Source: Balanoglossus misakiensis (Eukaryota > Animalia > Hemichordata). From it: a stretch of DNA of 64,000 bases. The translations under genes were made by a program, and so were the position numbers. Under the pieces are notes generated by a model, which ran no database searches, was not told the DNA's origin, and saw nothing but the letters and a program-made list of their open reading frames with translations. The stretch is taken from contig CM082597.2 in assembly GCA_040954595.2 (NCBI GenBank), positions 8,649,778 through 8,713,777 on the forward strand, written 5' to 3'. Of the stretch, positions 25,701 to 40,403 are shown in pieces; within the stretch, counting starts at the first letter, position 1, and each line of letters opens with the position of its first letter.

Positions 25701-28123
25701 GTTCAGATATCATATGGCAAGAACTGGAAAGGTTTTGGTGGGTGTGGCTTTGATATTAATGAAGTTATTAAAGTTTTAATTTTTCTATTACATGGTTGTC
25801 TATGAGAGCTTTCGTTAATGCTGCATATATGACCAGTGGAAACGATAGTTTGAGGAGATCGACTGTTTGAGGGCGCTGTGAAATGAGACATTCCTGGCGA
25901 TATTGCCGTGGTTCTGTCCATGCTCAGACGCTGTACCCGTCGTTACGAATAACTTCCCTACGTGAATCCACAAGGAAGCTAACGTTGTTTAGTTGCTTCA
26001 TAGAGCGTAAATTGTTAATCTACAGGACCGTCAGACGAATACTCTTTTCAAATGAAGTTTGAAACTACTTACGAGTAAGTTAGTGGAGACAATATGGCGG
26101 ATAGTTGGCGTGCAGCCGAATCCGCGTTATGACTATGACGTGACCCATTCATCAAGACAAACCGTAAATGATTCACGCATATTGTGGTCCTCACGCAGTC
26201 AATCTCAAAATGTCACCAGGCTTTCTATTTGTCTATTGTTCAGAGAAAAATAACATGGCGGTTGATCACACTCAACAGTAAAATCCGTTTTGTGTGTTTA
26301 TAGACAGTCTGTTATCGCCAATACTATATAGCGATTGCTAGATGGCCTACCCAATATGTGATCGAGCGAGAATGATAACATTGAATGTCTGTTCAGATCT
26401 CATTCCGTACGTCATACGTCAACATTTCGATTTCGATTTAATCCATTCATAAAGAATTTAGAGAAAGTCGTCTTGAATTGTGACCCCGACTATCAATTAG
26501 TTTACGATGATTTTTTGGCGACGGAATACACGAGACGCCATTGCATAACTACGTCAGCTGGACTTCCAAGGTTACCATTTTGTGTGTATGGAATCTTATC
26601 ACAGAGCCTACGTACTTTGACAATATGCCATGCTATATCAATGACGCCCCAGAAAATTTGTCAAAAAATGAATTTGTCTTCTCATGGTGGTGCAATATAT
26701 TTTAATGTCTATTTTGAGGTTGATTTTGGTTTTTGGCTAACATGTATATAAATGTCAGCTTATAGCATAAGTTGGTGTCCGTCGGCTATGTATGTCTGTA
26801 TGTGTGCCTCATACAGAATTATGTATTTTGTGAATGGATCAGTTTCGTCTTAATGTATTGATGTATGTATGTGTATGTCCATCAACATCAAAAACTTGAA
26901 ACTACTGATATTTAGTGTGTACATAGAAATTGTTATTGCGAAAAAATGCATACTGGTATTAACTGGAAAAATGTTCAAATAGTCAAAATTGAAAAACTTA
27001 ATAACAGCGGATCAGATTAAGTTAAAAATTGGCGTGCATTGGTGTGCAAGTACTTTGGGAAGACCTCGTATGATTTTGTTCAGGTGGAGTCAGTATCTGG
27101 CGTTTCCTATTTTTTATGAATTTTTGGGGGAATTTTCTGCAGTTTTGTTAAAAAAATTTTTTCTCTGAAATTACATGTCCAATTGATTGGAAACTTGGTA
27201 TGGAGGTTCATAGGGCTTACCTGAATCACATTTGTGCAAACGGTGGTGAAATTTGCAAAAATGCATTTTTGGGCAATATTTCCTGTTTTTGCCAAAAAAT
27301 CCAATCCTGTGAAATGTAGGTGCAATTGTTTTGATACTTTGTATTTGGGTTTCTAGGGGTGATCTCAGTCAGATATGATCAAATTGTAATGAAATTTGCA
27401 TAATTGTATTTTTTGGGAATTTCTGCAGGGTTTGGCCAAATAGTCTTCGGTAATACCACAAGTCCAATTGGTTGGAAACTTTGAATGGGAATTCATATAT
27501 GTGATATCAGTCAGATTTGTCTGAATTTCCTGTTGTTTGCCAAAATGTCTTCCTTATTGAAACTTGTTAAAGAGGTTCTTAGGCATGAACAGAAATCAGA
27601 TTTGTTGAAATCTGGTGAAATATTCATACTTTTTGGTATATTTCTTGCCATTTTTGATCAAAGAGTTTTAGAATTCCATAGACTTATTATTTTTATGCAG
27701 TTCAGGATGGGGTACATGACTCATAACCCCTTACAAAAATTGACAAGGCAACAATTCCACAAACATGTTTACATTTCACAATGGTGCAACACACAACCCT
27801 TACACCATATACACTATAAACCAAAATGGTTTAAAACTGGTTTTTCTAATCTTGTTATTCTGTCAACCAATCACAGTACTGCACGTGAGCATATTCAGTT
27901 AATATCTGGTTCCTGATTGCTTTGGAAGTTAGTTAACAATTTCATAACACATGTACATGTATGTGCAACTTTGATTAAATTCTGGTTGTCAATATTTAGG
28001 TAGTTTGTTGTAAATTTCTTTGTTTTTGGATAGCAAATCTTTTTAACCAATTGCTCAGTTTCTTTGAAAGTTACTGTTAACAAGGAGAGTTAGTACACCC
28101 AACTTAGACTTTTACACCCAACT

Positions 28124-31100
28124 TAGAGCTACTATGACTGGTTACTAACTTCTATATCTATTTGATTCACAGATGCTGCCTGAAATTGTCTGCATTTCAA
28201 CTCGGGATTCTCTTCCTCGTCTGGGGCGAGTTTAAGACCGCTCAATGGTAAGCATGACTTGCTGTATATTTGCTTTTATCGGGCGTGGCACAACCGAAAC
28301 AATAGGAAACAATGTATGTCTACGAACTAATTTACACCTTCCAGTTATCAATACTTTTTTCCTTCGAATTCTAGCCTCGATTGCCTGTGATATGATCGTG
28401 ATGACATGAATTAAATGGTCAAGTTCAAATCTTCATGTGAAGCATAAATTAAATTTGGATGCATTTCCTTAACCATATAGCTAGAAATTACTCCCATACC
28501 AATACACGGGGAGATACCGTAATTTTGGCTGAAAGTGTGCTAGTCCAACACTATGCTTCATCAAACTGGCTAAGAGATCTATTATTATATATAGACACAT
28601 GAAGGAAAGTAATGTTGTTTATAGTGAAATAAAACAATACCTTAGGCCACAAAGAAAAATATAGATCACGACACAAACAGGCTGGAGTTTTTTTCAAAAA
28701 TGTGTGCATAAGATCATATTGGCCCATGGTAATCAAAGCCAAAGCAGCCCAGTTCCAAATTCGAAACTCAGCTCAGTACCAGAAACTTGCTCAAAGCTAC
28801 CAAATGCACAGAAAGTTTTGAGAATCTAGATGAAAAATCACCAAGCGACTAGTGCGCTTGTCTATGTTCAATGTGTCTTCCCTGGTAACAACATGTACTT
28901 CTGCCACCATGCCATGAGATATACTGACAGCCACGTTTGAAACATTTTAGTATACTGATATTCAAAGTTTAAATGTAAAGGCTTACTTTTCTATAGTAAA
29001 ATAAATGTTTTATAATTGCCAACAATTTACATTCTTGGGCTAATCAGTTGTATGAAAAGTGAGGTGGATCAAATGTAAGTTTCATTTTCACAACAAACAT
29101 TAAGAAATCATTGTACAGTGTTACGTAGATGTCAAAGTGTGTGTACACCTGTCGTTTACAGATATGATGTCAGTTTCACTTGTCACCTAACTGCCATGTT
29201 TGTGGTATACCCATGTGGACCACTTTACTGCAGTACTGATGTAAATGGAGTTTCAAGATCGCTGTTACAGATTTCTCTGATTCGTATTCCACGTACATTA
29301 TCGCAGCACAGTCTGACCCTATATTATACCATGTTTTGCATATTTTCACTAATTAGTATGGCCCAAATAATTCTAAAGCAAGGTTGATTGGTTACTAATT
29401 GATAAGCATATATTTGATTCACAGTCTTAAACACAGCATTTCAACGTATGCCGGAGGAGGAAGAGAATACCTAGGCCTGATCCAAGACCGCTTTCCGGTA
29501 AGCACAACTTGCTGTATACATGCTCCATAGCTTGTTTGTAAAGGCTACCTTTTCCCATCAAATAGTGAAGTCGCCCTTTCAAAATTATGGTGGTGGTAAG
29601 CCACAACTGGTTATCATGGAGAGCCCCATATAAACTTACCAGCCCACGCTAGCCATGACTTTACAAATGTTTCCGTCATACTATGCAGAAAATTCTGGCT
29701 GCCTTAAATAGGTTTTCACTTTGCGCTAGGGGGTCAAATCACATTGCATTCTGGGCGAAAAGTCTACAACCCACTGTAGTAAGAGGTGGAAGAAATGATA
29801 CATTTTGTGTATTTCATGCTTTGGTCAAACATGTCTGTCTCTGTAGTTAGCATATTAAACTCATTAAATGTTTTTCACATTTTGTTATTTTGTCTGTTAT
29901 GACCCATTATCACTTTAGCTTTAGCTTAGGCTCCATTCACAAACACCTCTGGATGGGGGGGGGGGGGGGGAGAATTCAATTTTTTTACTGCTAATTTTCA
30001 CATGCCCCCCCCCCCCTGTACATAACCCAAAATATTTTCAAATCCCCCACCCCCTTCTGAACTGCCAAAATTTTAAAATCCCCCCCCCCCATTTTCTTTC
30101 ACAGAGCAAAACACATCACTTATCTATCTTGTAAAAAAGAAAAACAGCGCTCCCATGAAAAGACTTTGAAACTGATGTTTCCCCTCATCAGTGGGTATTA
30201 AAACTGAACATGGTTTTTATTTTTTAAGTATTTGTATTCTGTGTTGGGAGACATTGTAAACCGGGAATTGAAGGGGGTGGGTGTGGGAAGGGGTGTCCCC
30301 CTCCCACGTAAGAAAATTTTATAAAATACAGAGTTCAAAGCTGCATTTTTATGAACCCGGCAAAAGCAAATTAACTCAACTACCAGTATGTTGGGGAGGA
30401 TAAATTTAACCGTCGCCGCTCAAAGTTATCATGGGGTGGGGGCAAGTCCCCTGACATGGGACACTAGATAAACCAGTTAATGATTGAAAGGTGTTGATGA
30501 ATGGAGGGGGGTGGGTGTGGGAGGGGGTGTAAAATAAAAGGCGCGAAACTGCATTTTTGTGGACTCAAAATAAATATTTAGTCGTCAAAGTTTTCAAGTC
30601 CCCCCTTTCAGTCCCTAAATTATTTGAAATCCCCCCTTACATACCTTCAATTTTTTCAAATCCCCCCCCCCCCGCTCAATTCTCCTGCCCCCCCCCCCCT
30701 CTCCAGAGGTGTTTGTGAATGCAGCCTTATGAACTCCCATTTCTTTAACATGGCAAAAATCGGCCATCAATTGTCGACCATATGAGATTTTCATCACTCA
30801 CTTAGGGTAGCTTAAGGGAGAATTGTATAGGCATGACTTGGGCTGTAAATTTGATGAAATAGCTACATGCCTATTGTTAACAAGCAGCTGACTGTACTGA
30901 AAGAATGGAAGTGTTGTGTACCTATTTTACATATTCAATATTTGTAATTAGACCATGTCATGTATATCTTGGGGATTGCTCGATCGCAATGTCTCTGCTG
31001 GTACAATGTCCTTTTAACTTGTACAGTAATATGGTAGTGATTGTAAGTTTGTGTACGGCATTTGTAAGTTATTTTCAATTTATAATTTTTTTGTAAGTTT

Positions 31101-33715
31101 CTTCATTCTCAAATTGCTTGCCTAACGTACTGCTTTAAAATTTAAATTTTGGTATGATTTTGAGTAGACTTTTTGTTTCAAAATTATTTTCGACACTTGA
31201 CATTTTTGGGTGATATGATTTTACATGGAAAATCTGATTTCCCTGTAATTCGGTTGACAGGATTTTCACAATATCTCTAAATCATGAAGTACATGTATCA
31301 GAATTGCATCAGGCCCCCAAAATTCTAGTCGCCCTTGGCAAGTAATATTAGCCATTGTTGTCCAAGGACGTTGAAGGTACAATTGGTTTTTAAACTTACT
31401 ATGTAGGCATTTTATCAGAATTATTAGGTCCCATTTGGTGCAGGTATATGTATTTATACCATGGGACCTTATGGGATCAGTTGCACCTGTATATATGGAT
31501 GTCTGTATGGATGTTTGTCTGTATGTCTATCAATATCAAACACTTGGAAACCACTGGCATGTGACCTTGATATTTAGTGTGGAGATGCAGGCAGGGCATT
31601 AAGTGGGAGTTGTCAAAATGAAGTTGTCATTGCCAAAATATGCAAATTAGCTGGGAAAGTGTCAAATTCGTCCAAACTCGGGAACTCGACAACTACTGAG
31701 CAAATTGCTTTCAAAATTGAAAATTGGTATTCCTGTAAGTTATGTTAACCTCACACAGTTCTATATGTTGTGAGCTAATGTGAATTTTCGATTTTTTATG
31801 TATTTTTTGTCTCTTTCCACATTATCGGTAGAAAATCTGCTTTTCTGGAATTGATCAGCTGACTTATTTGAAATTTAGTATGAAGCTTCATAGGTGATCT
31901 GAGTTATCATAGTTTTGTAAGGTCCCATTTGCTTTACCATGGGACCTTATGATATCGGTGGATGTATGTATGTATGTCTGTATGTCCGTCCACATCACAA
32001 ACTTGAAAACCGCTGGGCATATGACCTCGATATTTGGTGTGTAGATGCAGGCCAGGCTGAAGATTGGAGTTTGTTCAAATGAAGCTGTCATTGCCAAAAA
32101 TATGCAAATTAGCTAGGAAAATGTGAAATTGGTCAAAACTCAAACTCAACAACCACTGGTCACATTCATTTGAAAATCAGTATGCATGTACCTTATGTCT
32201 ACCTCAAACAGTCCTGTATGTTTTGAGCTAATATTATCGATTTTTAATTTTTTATGCCAAAAATCTTTTATGCATTTTTTGTATTATTCCACATTATTGG
32301 TAAAGAAATCATCATTTCTTAAAGTTATAGGCCTCATTCTTTGAATTTTAGTATGAAGCTTCTAATGGTTGTCTGAGTAACCAAAGTTTTGTTCAAATTG
32401 TTGAAAAATTTGCATATTTTAATTTTGAGCAATTTTTGCCAGTTTTGGTCATTTTTTTTTCTTTAAAACTGCATGCCAGATTGATTTGGTAGGCATATTC
32501 CTAAGGGTAAACTGAGTAAGATGTTGTAAAAATGTTTTAGTATATATTGTGTTATTGGGGAAGGGGGGGGGGGGGGGGGGGTTACTCAAACATTTATAAC
32601 ACCCAGCAACTTTTGGTACTGGCAGGGTTTGTCCTCCAATGATTTCAACATCCTGCTAGGAATACAACCTCTCCTCAACTTTATAAATATAGGGCATGAC
32701 ATTGCAGGTTTTTTGAGAACACTGTTTAAAATAACCCTCATCAAGCCTGTTAACTTATTTAGACAGACTATTATCCAGAATGAAACGAAACATGGATGCA
32801 ATAAAAAGATCTTGTGCAATAAAAACCAAGTTGATCATAACAATTATTTGCTAAGTACAACATGTACATCACTAATAGAAGTTATGGCTATAAGCATAAA
32901 CCTGTTTGTTTTGCTATCTTCACTATTCATATTATCTGACTATATTAATACATTTGCAAGCATACTGTTTCAGACATAGCGAATTTGATAAACATCTACA
33001 AATATATTTTTACCTGTTGAAGTTATCAAAATCCAGACACTTGACAAAAGGACATTGTTCATCCCCTCTATAGATTGATAGTCTAACATAGCAGGCAATC
33101 TGTTTTTAACAACTGCAGAAGCCTTCATAAAAAGTTGTTGGCCAGAATGAAAGCTTAGGGGGACGTAGGATTTCCTACTTTTTAGGTTATTTTTTCTATG
33201 GCCCTAAAAAGCTATGACAAAAAATTGATGACCCCCTTGGAATTTATAATTCCCCCCCCCCTATCATACCCTGTCCATATTCTTATAAATGTCAATAAAT
33301 GCCATACAGTCCTGTATGTTTTGTTTTGAGCTAATATTATGAATTTTCTATTTTTATTGTTTTGTCTTTTACTGCATTATTGGTAAAGAAAAATCTTCCT
33401 TTCTGAAAGCCATAGTTTTTGTTCAAATTGCAAATTGTTGTGAAATTGGTATATTTATAATTTTGAGCAATTTTGTAATTTTTGCTCAGAATGCAGATTC
33501 CTAGGGGGTAACCCAAGTAAGGTGTTGTAAAAGAATTGTTTAAAAAATAAAAATATATTTGTAGATGGTTATCAAATTCGCTGTGTCTGAAAGCGCTTGT
33601 CAGATTGCTTTGAACTTTGACAGGAATGTTCCTTGTAGTGATTTAAGTAAGATGGTGTACAATTATAGTGATTTTTGCATATTTGTGTTTTTGCCACTTT
33701 TGAACAAATGTAGTT
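28124..33715 (+). repeat. Segmental duplication, copy 2
   Basis: Colinear with 21640-25510. Confidence 0.9.
29929..30726. mobile_element. PIF/Harbinger-like MITE (TTA TSD), 798 bp
   Basis: TIR GGCTCCATTCACAAACACCTCTGGA / TCCAGAGGTGTTTGTGAATGCAGCC. The empty site TTAGCTTATGAAC is present in copy 1 at about 23410. Confidence 0.9.
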
Positions 33716-35910
33716 TTGTTTAACCCCCATCTTACCCTATCCATATTCAAATAAATATGAAAAGAAATTTCTCACAGATATTATTTACTTTGATAATACT
33801 ATCATTTGTGCAACAACTAATCAATCAAACAGTCAATCATCATAAATTGGGAGTTCAAAAATATCTATAAGGGAGATTTAAAACCCCGTTAGCAACAACT
33901 GTTTGCCATGTTTTCAGTATTAATGTTTTGTGTAGCTTCTGCAGTTTTTAGGTCCCATATGGTATGTACCATGGGCCTTATGGAATCAGTTGCGTCTGTA
34001 TTTATGTATGGATGTACTGTATTTTGGCGAGTTAAATTTTTCGCGATATCGAGAGAGGCCACTGTTTCGCGAGTATTAATTTTCGCGTTCTCTTATTTCA
34101 TTCACTGCATCGTTATCTTCAAAAACAATTTACGCGACTTTTTATTTTCACGTTATTTTGGCTCTCGCGTATTTGGCGAAAATTAATTGCTCGCGAAAAT
34201 AAAGTGTTTTACAGTATGTCTGTCTGTTTGTATGGATGTATGTCTGTATGTCCGTCCACATCTAAAACTTGAAAACCGTTGTGCATATCACCTCGATATT
34301 TGGTGTGCAGATGCAGGCTGGGCTGTAGATTGGAGTTTGTTAACATGAAAATGTCATTACCAAATATATGCAAATTAGCTGGAAAATGTGAAATTGGTCA
34401 AAACTCGCAAAATTCAACAACTGCTGGTCAGATTGATTTGGAAATTGGTATGCAAGTACCTTATGCCTACCTCATACAGTCCTGTATGTTTTGAGCTAAT
34501 TTTGATTTTCTATTTTTGATGCATTTGTTTGTATTTTTCAACATTATTGGTAAAAAATCTTCATATGAATCTAAAATTACCGTCGAATCATCCAGTGTGA
34601 GTTAGCACTGTAATTAGCAAAAGTTATAAATCCACAGTTACCCAGCAAATTTGATATAATGCTTCACATAGGTATTGGTTTTGAACATCCTTCAGAAAGG
34701 GTATGAATATTTTAAAATTTTTACTGTTGCAACCCAGACTAGTTTATTTCTGAATAAACAGAGAAATGACAACCGGATAGATTATTCTTCTGTACTAAAG
34801 ACATATGCAGACACAAGAAATAGTCTGAACATTTTCAGTACATTACTAAAACAGTGTAGGTACATTGTACTATAAACTGAGGAAGATTAGTGACTATTGT
34901 TTGCCAAAAATGGTCCCAAGTCATTTCTCAAGCATAGCAGAATAGTAGCTTTGAGTAGCAAAGTGTGATGATTTAAAATGTAAAAAGACAACACCAATCT
35001 CTAGCTCTGCTCTCAGCACTGCAAAAGTTATCTGACAGGTAGATAGATGTTCAGTCATCCTATGTCTGTCAACATTTTTCTTTTCTGAAATCACTGGCGC
35101 AAGTGCTTTTAAAATTGGTGTGCAGGTTTCTTGGGGTGGCGAAGTAATGTGTGTTCAAATTGTGTTGAATTCTGCATATTTGTAGTTTGGAACAAGTTTA
35201 TGCTGTTTTTGGAAGAAAAAAGCTAAGCTCGTAGATTACTTTGACTATGCAGGTTTCTAGGTATGACACAAGTTGTTTCTTCAAAATATGGTGAAATTTG
35301 CATATTTGGGGGGAAATTTTCTCTGAAATTTAGTATTGATCTCCCTGAGGTATGTGACATAATCTGTAATTTTGTATTTTGGAGACAGTTGCCTTTTTGT
35401 ACAAACAAAAAATCTTGTCAGAATATGCATGTCTGATTGCCATGTCCACAGGGGTGATCTACTTTTATTTACATTATAACCGAATCTGTAAAGTTTTCAT
35501 AATGATCTTTAAAATAGGTACGTCTAATTGTTTTGATCTTTGGTATGAATTGTCCCTTGGTGATCTTAGTCAATGCTTTTGAAATTCCGCTGAATATTGC
35601 ATTATTATTTTGTCTGAGTCTGAAGAGTAGTCATCATCTCTGAAACCCCTTGACCTAAGTCAGGTGTCAAATAGTACAATTTGCAGATTTGTTGCATTGG
35701 AGATATTGTTGCAGTTTTTGAAATTCAAGATGGCTGCCAATGTCTGTGTTAACTCTATGGAAAAACATTTATGTAAATACTTTTCTGAAAACAAGGCGGT
35801 GAACATCACATTTTTGTTTACAAACAGTAATAGAAATAGCTATCATTGTTTCTGAAAATCCTAACTTGTAGGATTCTTTTTCAATCTCTGGCATCAGCAG
35901 AGACAATTAA

Positions 35911-36643
35911 GGTGGCATTGCATGAAAAGTTGTGATTTTTGCCAAATTTTACTTTTTTACATAAATCGGTAGGCCTAATACTCACCCACATCCTGACTAA
36001 TACGTCTTGGCGGAAATGGTGCACAATCACCCCCAAATAGCACTTTTCTGAATGAGTTCACAGCTTAACAAATAGGTGTCAACAATGCAAATGGCCGTTT
36101 TTCTCGGTTTGCATTTTCGCTGCTTTTGACAACTTCGGACTAAAATAGCTTCGCCCTGCATTGGCCGAATTTGCTCAAATTTTGACAGGGAATTGTGTAT
36201 GACCCATCCAACAAAACACTAGTTTTGTATGTCGATAAAGTGTCCCTGGCGGGAATAAACTCTGATTCAATACAACTCACCGTGAATTTGATCAAATTTT
36301 CAGAAAATCTAACTTTCAAACGCTGTTACTCCTCAATGGAAGCAGATAACGCAAAACAAAATTAGCGTTTTTTTGCACGTGTACTTTAGTTTCGAATGAC
36401 ATATTAAGATGCATGATGCATGGTCAACTTTTTTACCTATTTTAAATTTCATGACATAATATCAAAAAATGGGTTTTTTCGCCCAAAATCGCCACCATTT
36501 CCGGGGATCAATAATATTTGCAACTCAAACAAAAGTTCAAAATCTCAGCTTCCAGAATATATATGGTTTATGGGGGTTTAAACTTTGTCTTTGATGAGAA
36601 ATAGGCCTCTGAAAAAGTCTCGACGGTTTCATGCAGTGCCACC
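35911..36643. mobile_element. Kolobok-like MITE (TTAA TSD)
   Basis: TTAA|GGTGGCATTGCATGAAA...TTTCATGCAGTGCCACC|TTAA. Confidence 0.85.
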
Positions 36644-38476
36644 TTAAACAACTCTATAAAAAGTCTTATTGCTTAGTACTGGCACGAGGTGGTAAAAAGA
36701 TGTGCAGCTTTTGACTTATTACAGGCTTACACTTTGTTAGTAATATGAGTCCCTATTGGTATTGTGCTGGGTTTTTAGGAGCTTGGGCCCCATTCCCTGG
36801 ATATTTTTTACACCTTGCTCTGAAAACCTGCCACACCTATGCTTCTTGAATTTGTCACAGTTGTCCTTGCCAATGAGTGTGCACCTTGAAATTCAAATCA
36901 GTCATTTGACCTGGCAGCCATATTCAGTTGAAATTGTTAAATAAATGCAAATTAGCTGGGAAAATTTGAAATTGGTCAAAACCACTGGTCAGATTGATTT
37001 GACAATTGGTATGCAAGTACCTTATGTCAACCACATACAGTCCTGTATTTTGAATAGTTTGAATGTTCTATTTTTATGCATTTTTTGCCTTTTTCCTCAT
37101 TTTTGGTAAAACATCTACTTTTCTAAAATTGATGAGACGACTTCTTTGAAATTTAGTATGAAGCTTCATATAGGTGATATGAGTTAGCATACTTTTGTTA
37201 AAATGTTGCAAAATTTGCATATTCATAATTTTGGAGCAATTTCGGCCGTTTTTGAATTTTTTTTTTTAAACCGGTTGTTACATTGCTTTGAAATTTGTTA
37301 GTCATATTAGGGGTAGCCCAAGTAAGATTTGCATGTATGTTTTTCAAATCAACTTGATGAATTGAATAGTATATTTTTGGGATGATTTTTGCCATTTTTG
37401 GTCAAAACTCTTCTCAGAACCCCCCACAGTACGTGAAATATCCCATGAATCACTCTGGTTTGTACAACCAGAGATTACTCGGTCAAACCAGGCAAAGTTC
37501 ACATGTGTAGAGAAAATTGTAGACCACTAATACAAATTTTGAGAGCATGCTTTAAAGGCGAATCTTATTGTCAATTACCATTTCAAATGATAAACAAAAT
37601 CATGCATTATTGAAAGAGGAGATACAAATTTTATAAAATAAGCAATTGCATAGCCAGCCGATACAAAAAAGTTTGAAGTAAAACAGGGACACTTGAAACA
37701 CTTGTTTAATCAAACAAAACGATATTGATTTTTTTCTATAGACAGAACAATGGAAATTTACATGTTAACTTTCAACAGAGACTGGCCACCTCAGTTAGTC
37801 ATTGCTTCTTTCCTCCTAAGTGTGACATTTGACGTACATGAATGAATACTTTGATTTCTATGGCTTTTAAATCTTGATTTTGAAATTTTCACTCTAATTC
37901 CTCAACATACTTTTTCTAGATAAATCTTAATACAGTTATATGTACTTCATATCATTGTTAGTATCTAAAACAGAAAGTAATTAAATGGACAATCTCGATG
38001 ATACAAATCATGGAGAGTTGTGGGTAAAATATCGTACTGTGCCCCCTTTACCCCCACTGCTTTGAAATTTGATTTGAAGGTTTCAGGGTTTGTTCTCATG
38101 ATAATTTACAGATTGATTTGACAATTGGTATGCAAGTACCTTATGTCAACCACATACAATCCTGTATTTTTTAAACTAATAGTTTGAATGTTCTATTTTA
38201 TGCATTTTTTGCCTTTTTCCTCATTTGTGGTAAAAAATTTTAGTATGAAGCTTCATGTAGGTGATATGAGTTACAATACTTTTGTTGAAATGTTGCAAAA
38301 TTTGCATATTGATAATTTTGGAGCAATTTCAGCCTTGTTTAATTAATTTTTTTTCTCTAAAACCGCTTGTTCCATTGCTTTAAAATTTGTTAGTCATGTT
38401 AGGGGTAGCTCAAGTAAGATTTGCATGTATGTTTTTCAAATCAACTTGATGAATTGAATAGTATATTTTTGGCGGA

Positions 38477-38770
38477 TCAAATCAAATCAAATCAAAACAA
38501 ACATTTATAAAGCGCCAGAATCAATAACAATGTTATTTCCAAAGGCGCTGAAAGTATAACATCAGTGTTCGTAGGCTTTGACAAATAGAAATGTCTTGAG
38601 TTTTTGTTTGAAAATGTTGAGACTAGAAGCCTGTTGAATGTCAGATGGCAGAGAATTCCAAAGTTGTGGCGCGACAAGGGAAAAGGCACATCCACCATAT
38701 GTTTTGAGTCTGTACTTTGGTACACACAACTGGTTCCTTGAGCTGGAGCGCAGAGCCCGACTAGGCTTAT
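38477..38770 (-). mobile_element. L2 LINE 3' fragment
   Basis: RALRSSS...YGGCAFSLVAPQLWNSLP...FKQKLKTFLF, followed by an (ATTTG)n tail. Confidence 0.85.
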
Positions 38771-39516
38771 ATGATTTTTGATTTGATTTGGTTTCAGGGT
38801 GATTTCTCATGATGATTTACAAAACCTATGACTGATTACTTTGAAATTTGAGTAGGAAGTTAATTGGATGTGTTTGTTTAGATAATGGAATCAAATAAAG
38901 TTATTCATTCTTCACCTTCATTCTTCACCTCATTTCATTTATTGGCTGGTTTGTCTATTGTATCAGGGAAGAGTACTTGCCATCCCACCCCACCGATGCA
39001 AACTTTGAGTGGCAAAAGTAAAATTTGTCGTAACATTGAGTTAATTTGCTTTTGGGCTCACTAAAATGCAACTTTGAGCTCTGTATTTGTACAAAATTTT
39101 CATTAATTGGCTGGTTTGTCTATTGTACCAGGCCAGCATACATAAGATCAAGATGTTTTCGGGGCTGGGGGGGGGGCATCATATTTTATTGCCTCTCTAT
39201 GTGTGTGTCTGTCTGTCTGTACTCCTGTGTAGACTTTTTCTAGTGTAATCACTAAATGAGACCACAGTGTCCTTGACGCTATTTTTTGCGATTTTCAATG
39301 ACCCTGGGGTAACCTTTGACCAGCTTTCATATATCTTGGTATTCACAGCAGAATACAGCCTTGGCATATCCTGGTAACCATGGGAACCGTTTGGGCCCAA
39401 CCAATGGTGCTGGCAGCGTTAATTTTTAAATGATTTCTTCTTGTCGTTTTCTTTATCAATATGATGACTTGACCTAATCAGATTATTAAAATAATTTCAT
39501 TCTTTTTTTACATTAG

Positions 39517-39589
39517 GTTCTTTGGTAACACTGCTGCTGGAGGGAGTGTAATATTTGTAACGACGTCGCCACCTAATACTGTACTGGAG
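39517..39589 (+). other. Putative 73-nt exon C (paralogous to exon D)
   Basis: ttcattctttttttacattAG acceptor and GAG|GTATGA donor. Reads FFGNTAAGGSVIFVTTSPPNTVLE. Confidence 0.45.
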
Positions 39590-40316
39590 GTATGAACTTA
39601 AACTTGTAACGACGCCGCCACCTAATACTGTACTGGAGAGATGAAGTTAATACTTGTAACGACGCCGCCACCTAATACTGTACTGGAGAGATGAAGTTAA
39701 TACTTGTAACGACGCCGCCACCTAATACTGTACTGGAGTGATGAAGTTAATACTTGTAACGACGCCGCCACCTAATACTGTACTGGAGAGATGAACTTAA
39801 TACTTGTAACGACGCCGCCACCTAATACTGTACTGGAGAGATGAAGTTAATACTTGTAACGACGCCGCCACCTAATACTGTACTGGAGAGATGAAGTTAA
39901 TACTTGTAACGACGCCGCCACCTAATACTGTACTGGAGAGATGAAGTTAATACTTGTAACGACGCCGCCACCTAATACTGTACTGGAGAGATGAAGTTAA
40001 TACTTGTAACGACGCCGCCACCTAATACTGTACTGGAGAGATGAAGTTAATACTTGTAACGACGCCGCCACCTAATCCTGTACTGGAGGGATGAACTTAA
40101 ACTTGTAACGACGCCGCCACCTAATACTGTACTGGAGAGATGAAGTTAATACTTGTAACGACGCCGCCACCTAATACTGTACTGGAGAGATGAAGTTAAT
40201 ACTTGTAACGACGCCGCCACCTAATACTGTACTGGAGAGATGAACTTAATACTTGTAACGACGCCGCCACCTTATACTGTACTGGAGGGATGAACTTAAA
40301 CCTGTAACGACGCCAG
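39556..40316. repeat. 50-bp minisatellite, about 15 copies
   Basis: Unit TACTTGTAACGACGCCGCCACCTAATACTGTACTGGAGAGATGAAGTTAA, with a few 49-bp variants. Confidence 0.97.
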
Positions 40317-40403
40317 ATGATGCTCCTGTGACCAGAGGGATGAACGACGCCATGATTTGTTGATCTGATCTAATTAATAATATTCATTCTTTTTTTTCAA
40401 TAG

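Larger units (their letters stand above)
24230..38850 (+). mobile_element. Nest of degenerate Helentron/HINE (DINE-1-like) non-autonomous repeats
   Basis: Repeated heads TTAGGTCCCAT...ATGGGACCTT or TTTTAGCTCAC...GTGAGCT, each followed by a GTAT/GTCT microsatellite (24235, 24755, 25580, 26730, 31424, 31918, 33945), then degenerate subrepeats. Confidence 0.6.
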
